DNA of 64,000 nucleotides from Thermoproteota archaeon (GTDB lineage Archaea; Thermoproteota; Thermoprotei_A; Sulfolobales; Ignisphaeraceae): NCBI GenBank assembly GCA_030550585.1, contig JAUQPB010000002.1, positions 160,001 to 224,000 of the forward strand, read 5' to 3'. Shown piece by piece: positions 61,623 to 64,000 of this stretch (position 1 is its first letter; each line of letters starts with the position of its first letter). The notes under the pieces were generated by a model. It saw only the letters and a program-made list of their open reading frames with translations, ran no database searches and was not told where the DNA came from. The position numbers and the translations under genes were made by a program.

Positions 61623-63445
61623 TATCTAACACCGAAGACGCTATAGCCCTTTAACAGAAACGTTGATATTGTTACAGCTATTAGTTGAAGAACTATTAGC
61701 ACAGCCCCTAAGGCACCAACTATCTGGGTTCCCTGAGGCGTCTCTAGATAGTTCTGCATAACAAACGTTATTGGTGCGGCATGTCCTATCGAAACACCCT
61801 TCAAGCCGCCTAGCATAACCCCTACACTTGTTTCGCTAATGCAGTAAACAAATGTTGTTATAGCACCACCAAAAATGTTTATCGCTATAGCTGGTAGTAT
61901 AACAGTGGCTATAGCCAAAAACCTTGAGGCTCCTAGGTTGATAGCAGCCTCCTCAAGAGATGTGGGTATTTGCTGTAAGCCAGCATAAATTGCTCTTACC
62001 ATAAATGGCATTCTCCTTATGGTATAAGCTATTGTAATTGCTATTCCAGGTGAGTATACGACAGGGTCAAAGACGCTGTTTTTGAATGGTGGTGTAGTGA
62101 ACAATAGGAAGAATCCAGAGGCTATGGCGATTCCAGGGATTGCAACAGGTATTGTGGCTAGCGTATCCAAGATATATGAAATAGCCCCTCTGGCTCTTGT
62201 AGATGAGTATGCAATGAGTATGGATATAACTAATATTATGCCTAAGGCTGTTATAGAGTACAATAAGCTGTTCCTTATTGCTGTTGAAACTATTGGATCT
62301 GTTAACATTGAGACAAAATTATCCGATGTAAACCCCTCTGGCAATGCACTATACCACCTAGATGAGAATGCCAATACAAAAACACCTATCTGTGGAATTG
62401 AAGAGAATAACAGAAACGGCAACAGAAACAAATATACAATTGCTGTACCAATTCTCGATAACTTAAATGGCTTCAAGGGCTTTGCACCCCTTCCTATAGA
62501 TGCATAGCTCTTTAGCGAGACATAGCCCCTTATGAGTATGAATATTATGGCGCTTACCAAAACAACGATTACAGTCATCAATAATGCGGCAGGGGATCTA
62601 GCCCCAGTCGTTGGATCCTGAAAACTTCTGAATATCTCATACGATATGAGCCTATCCTCTCCAAAAACAATGGGGTTTGCTATATCCTCAAGAGATAGTA
62701 TGAATGTTAGTGATGCTCCAGTGGCGATACCAGGGAGGGCTAGAGGTAATACAACATCTTTTAACACTCTAAACGTTGATGAGCCAAGATTCTGAGCCTG
62801 TTCAATTAAGGTATAGTCGATGTTAGCTATAGCTGCAGAGACATTTAGATAGACAATTACATATAAACCCAAGATTTGTGCTATAACAACTCCTGCCAAC
62901 CCCTCTAAGCCTATTCTAACTGGGATTCCAAGAACGTTGTCTATCATATATGAGAGTAGACCATACCTCCAATCAAAGAACTTTCTAACAACATAGCCGC
63001 TTGCGAATGGCGCTGCAAATAGTGGTAACATGGCTAGAACCTGGAGGAATCTTCTTCCAGGAAAGTCGTATAATGTTAGCACAATGGCTATTAGAGTTCC
63101 CACAGCGGTTGATACGACCATTGTTATTGTAGCTACTATAAAGCTGTTTATTATCGAGCCATAGCTAACCCCGCTAAGCAGAATCAAAGTAATATTGCTT
63201 CCACCGAAAACAACATTCCTTATACTAATTACATTTCCAATAGGCTTGGTAGAGACATACCTCGGATTTTGGAACACAAGCTCAGCTATTCGCATTGGAT
63301 TGGATTTTAATAGCTCTGATAACGGTAGTGCTAGTGGTATTAGAAGAAATATTGCTAGGTAGATTAGTGGAAATATTGTTGAGAAGAGCATGAAGGGGTC
63401 TGAGAATAAAAAATGGATTTTGTTTCTAATTTTTCTCATTCTCAT
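61622..63445 (-). CDS. Fe3+/thiamine-type ABC permease (FbpB-like, duplicated)
   Basis: Two EAA loops (LIEQAQNLGS, LEEAAINLGA), 607 aa. Confidence 0.88.
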   Translation of the reverse strand: MRMRKIRNKIHFLFSDPFMLFSTIFPLIYLAIFLLIPLALPLSELLKSNPMRIAELVFQNPRYVSTKPIGNVISIRNVVFGGSNITLILLSGVSYGSIINSFIVATITMVVSTAVGTLIAIVLTLYDFPGRRFLQVLAMLPLFAAPFASGYVVRKFFDWRYGLLSYMIDNVLGIPVRIGLEGLAGVVIAQILGLYVIVYLNVSAAIANIDYTLIEQAQNLGSSTFRVLKDVVLPLALPGIATGASLTFILSLEDIANPIVFGEDRLISYEIFRSFQDPTTGARSPAALLMTVIVVLVSAIIFILIRGYVSLKSYASIGRGAKPLKPFKLSRIGTAIVYLFLLPFLLFSSIPQIGVFVLAFSSRWYSALPEGFTSDNFVSMLTDPIVSTAIRNSLLYSITALGIILVISILIAYSSTRARGAISYILDTLATIPVAIPGIAIASGFFLLFTTPPFKNSVFDPVVYSPGIAITIAYTIRRMPFMVRAIYAGLQQIPTSLEEAAINLGASRFLAIATVILPAIAINIFGGAITTFVYCISETSVGVMLGGLKGVSIGHAAPITFVMQNYLETPQGTQIVGALGAVLIVLQLIAVTISTFLLKGYSVFGVR

Positions 63446-63452
63446 CTAAGCT

Positions 63453-64000
63453 TCATCCAATTTTTTGAAGTTCATTTAGTATCGAGTTGAATTTCTCAAC
63501 AGCCTTCTGCGTCCATATAGTCATGAGTTGTTGTTCCAAAGTTTTATCGCCAGCCATTTTGCTGGCAATACCTTTGGCATAATCCTTTGTGAATGTGACT
63601 TCAGAACCTGTTATGGGGTCTGTGAATGTTAAAGGCTTTGAAAGTTGTGTTACATAGTAGTCAAATTGTTGTTGTGTTATCAAACCTCTTGTGTATAGGT
63701 CGACAAGCTTCTTCCAAACTTCTACAAGCTGGTCATGAGCATCTATAAGTACAGCTTTGAAGTATCTTGCAACAGCATATTCATACTTCATAACATCGGA
63801 ATCGTTGAACGGCATTGGGGTTAGACTCAGAGTCTTGTAGTAAATCTCTTTGAGATCAGCTCTCTGCTGCCCCTCGGGAGTGTTCCAAACATCTGGATTT
63901 ACAGGAAGCCTGTTAACCTTCTTATCTAGCAAAATCCTTTGCCCCTCTGTCAAAGCCCAGGCTATGAAGGCTTGTGCAGCCTCTCTATGCTTTGAGGTGT
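63453..64000 (-). CDS. ABC substrate-binding protein, 3' part (5' end outside the window)
   Basis: Frame open to the window edge (EAAQAFIAWAL..EGQ..RLPVN), upstream of the permease. Confidence 0.8.
   Translation of the reverse strand, partial: TSKHREAAQAFIAWALTEGQRILLDKKVNRLPVNPDVWNTPEGQQRADLKEIYYKTLSLTPMPFNDSDVMKYEYAVARYFKAVLIDAHDQLVEVWKKLVDLYTRGLITQQQFDYYVTQLSKPLTFTDPITGSEVTFTKDYAKGIASKMAGDKTLEQQLMTIWTQKAVEKFNSILNELQKIG

Noticed and set aside
977-62507. Many 60-210 aa ORFs antisense to or nested in identified genes (e.g. 11938-12450, 27857-28495, 60768-61325)
   Set aside because: Shadow ORFs of well-supported genes, with no motifs or SD
1-64000. tRNA, rRNA, CRISPR array, integrase
   Set aside because: No cloverleaf-like GC-rich segments, spaced direct repeats or recombinase motifs seen by eye; tRNAscan and CRISPR finders were not run

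Overview
Gene-dense, AT-rich archaeal chromosome segment. GGTGA Shine-Dalgarno (SD) motifs, frequent TTG/GTG starts, the LysW pathway, archaeal PpcA and box C/D RNAs point to a hyperthermophilic crenarchaeon; a Desulfurococcales/Ignisphaera-like host is my inference. About 1-45 kb is an amino-acid biosynthesis supercluster: thi4, leuCD-type pair, trxB-like, IPCT/DIPPS, argGH-carAB, an ACT protein, a liv-type ABC transporter, divergent lysWXJK/lysYZM, hom-ask-asd, a peptide ABC transporter, an Re-citrate-synthase/LeuCD-type/ICDH-type cluster followed by thrC and ppcA, and serA-aminotransferase-DUF89. About 51.3-55.4 kb is a decayed accessory patch (hacA remnant, GC-rich secreted-protein gene, internally deleted tnpB). 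A MoxR/DUF58 operon and a Fe/thiamine-type ABC transporter end the window. Signals the ORF track misses: (1) thrC and serA both lack an in-frame start. Each has an SD-positioned TTG needing a -1 shift, with a codon for the pathway's own product (Thr, Ser) at or beside the shift point. This is either amino-acid-sensing frameshifting or indel errors. (2) A canonical K-turn hairpin buries the tnpB SD and start codon. (3) Two box C/D guide RNAs. (4) A CTG-initiated gene. (5) A GTGCGGA operator motif. (6) DUF89 sits in the SerB position of a serine operon.
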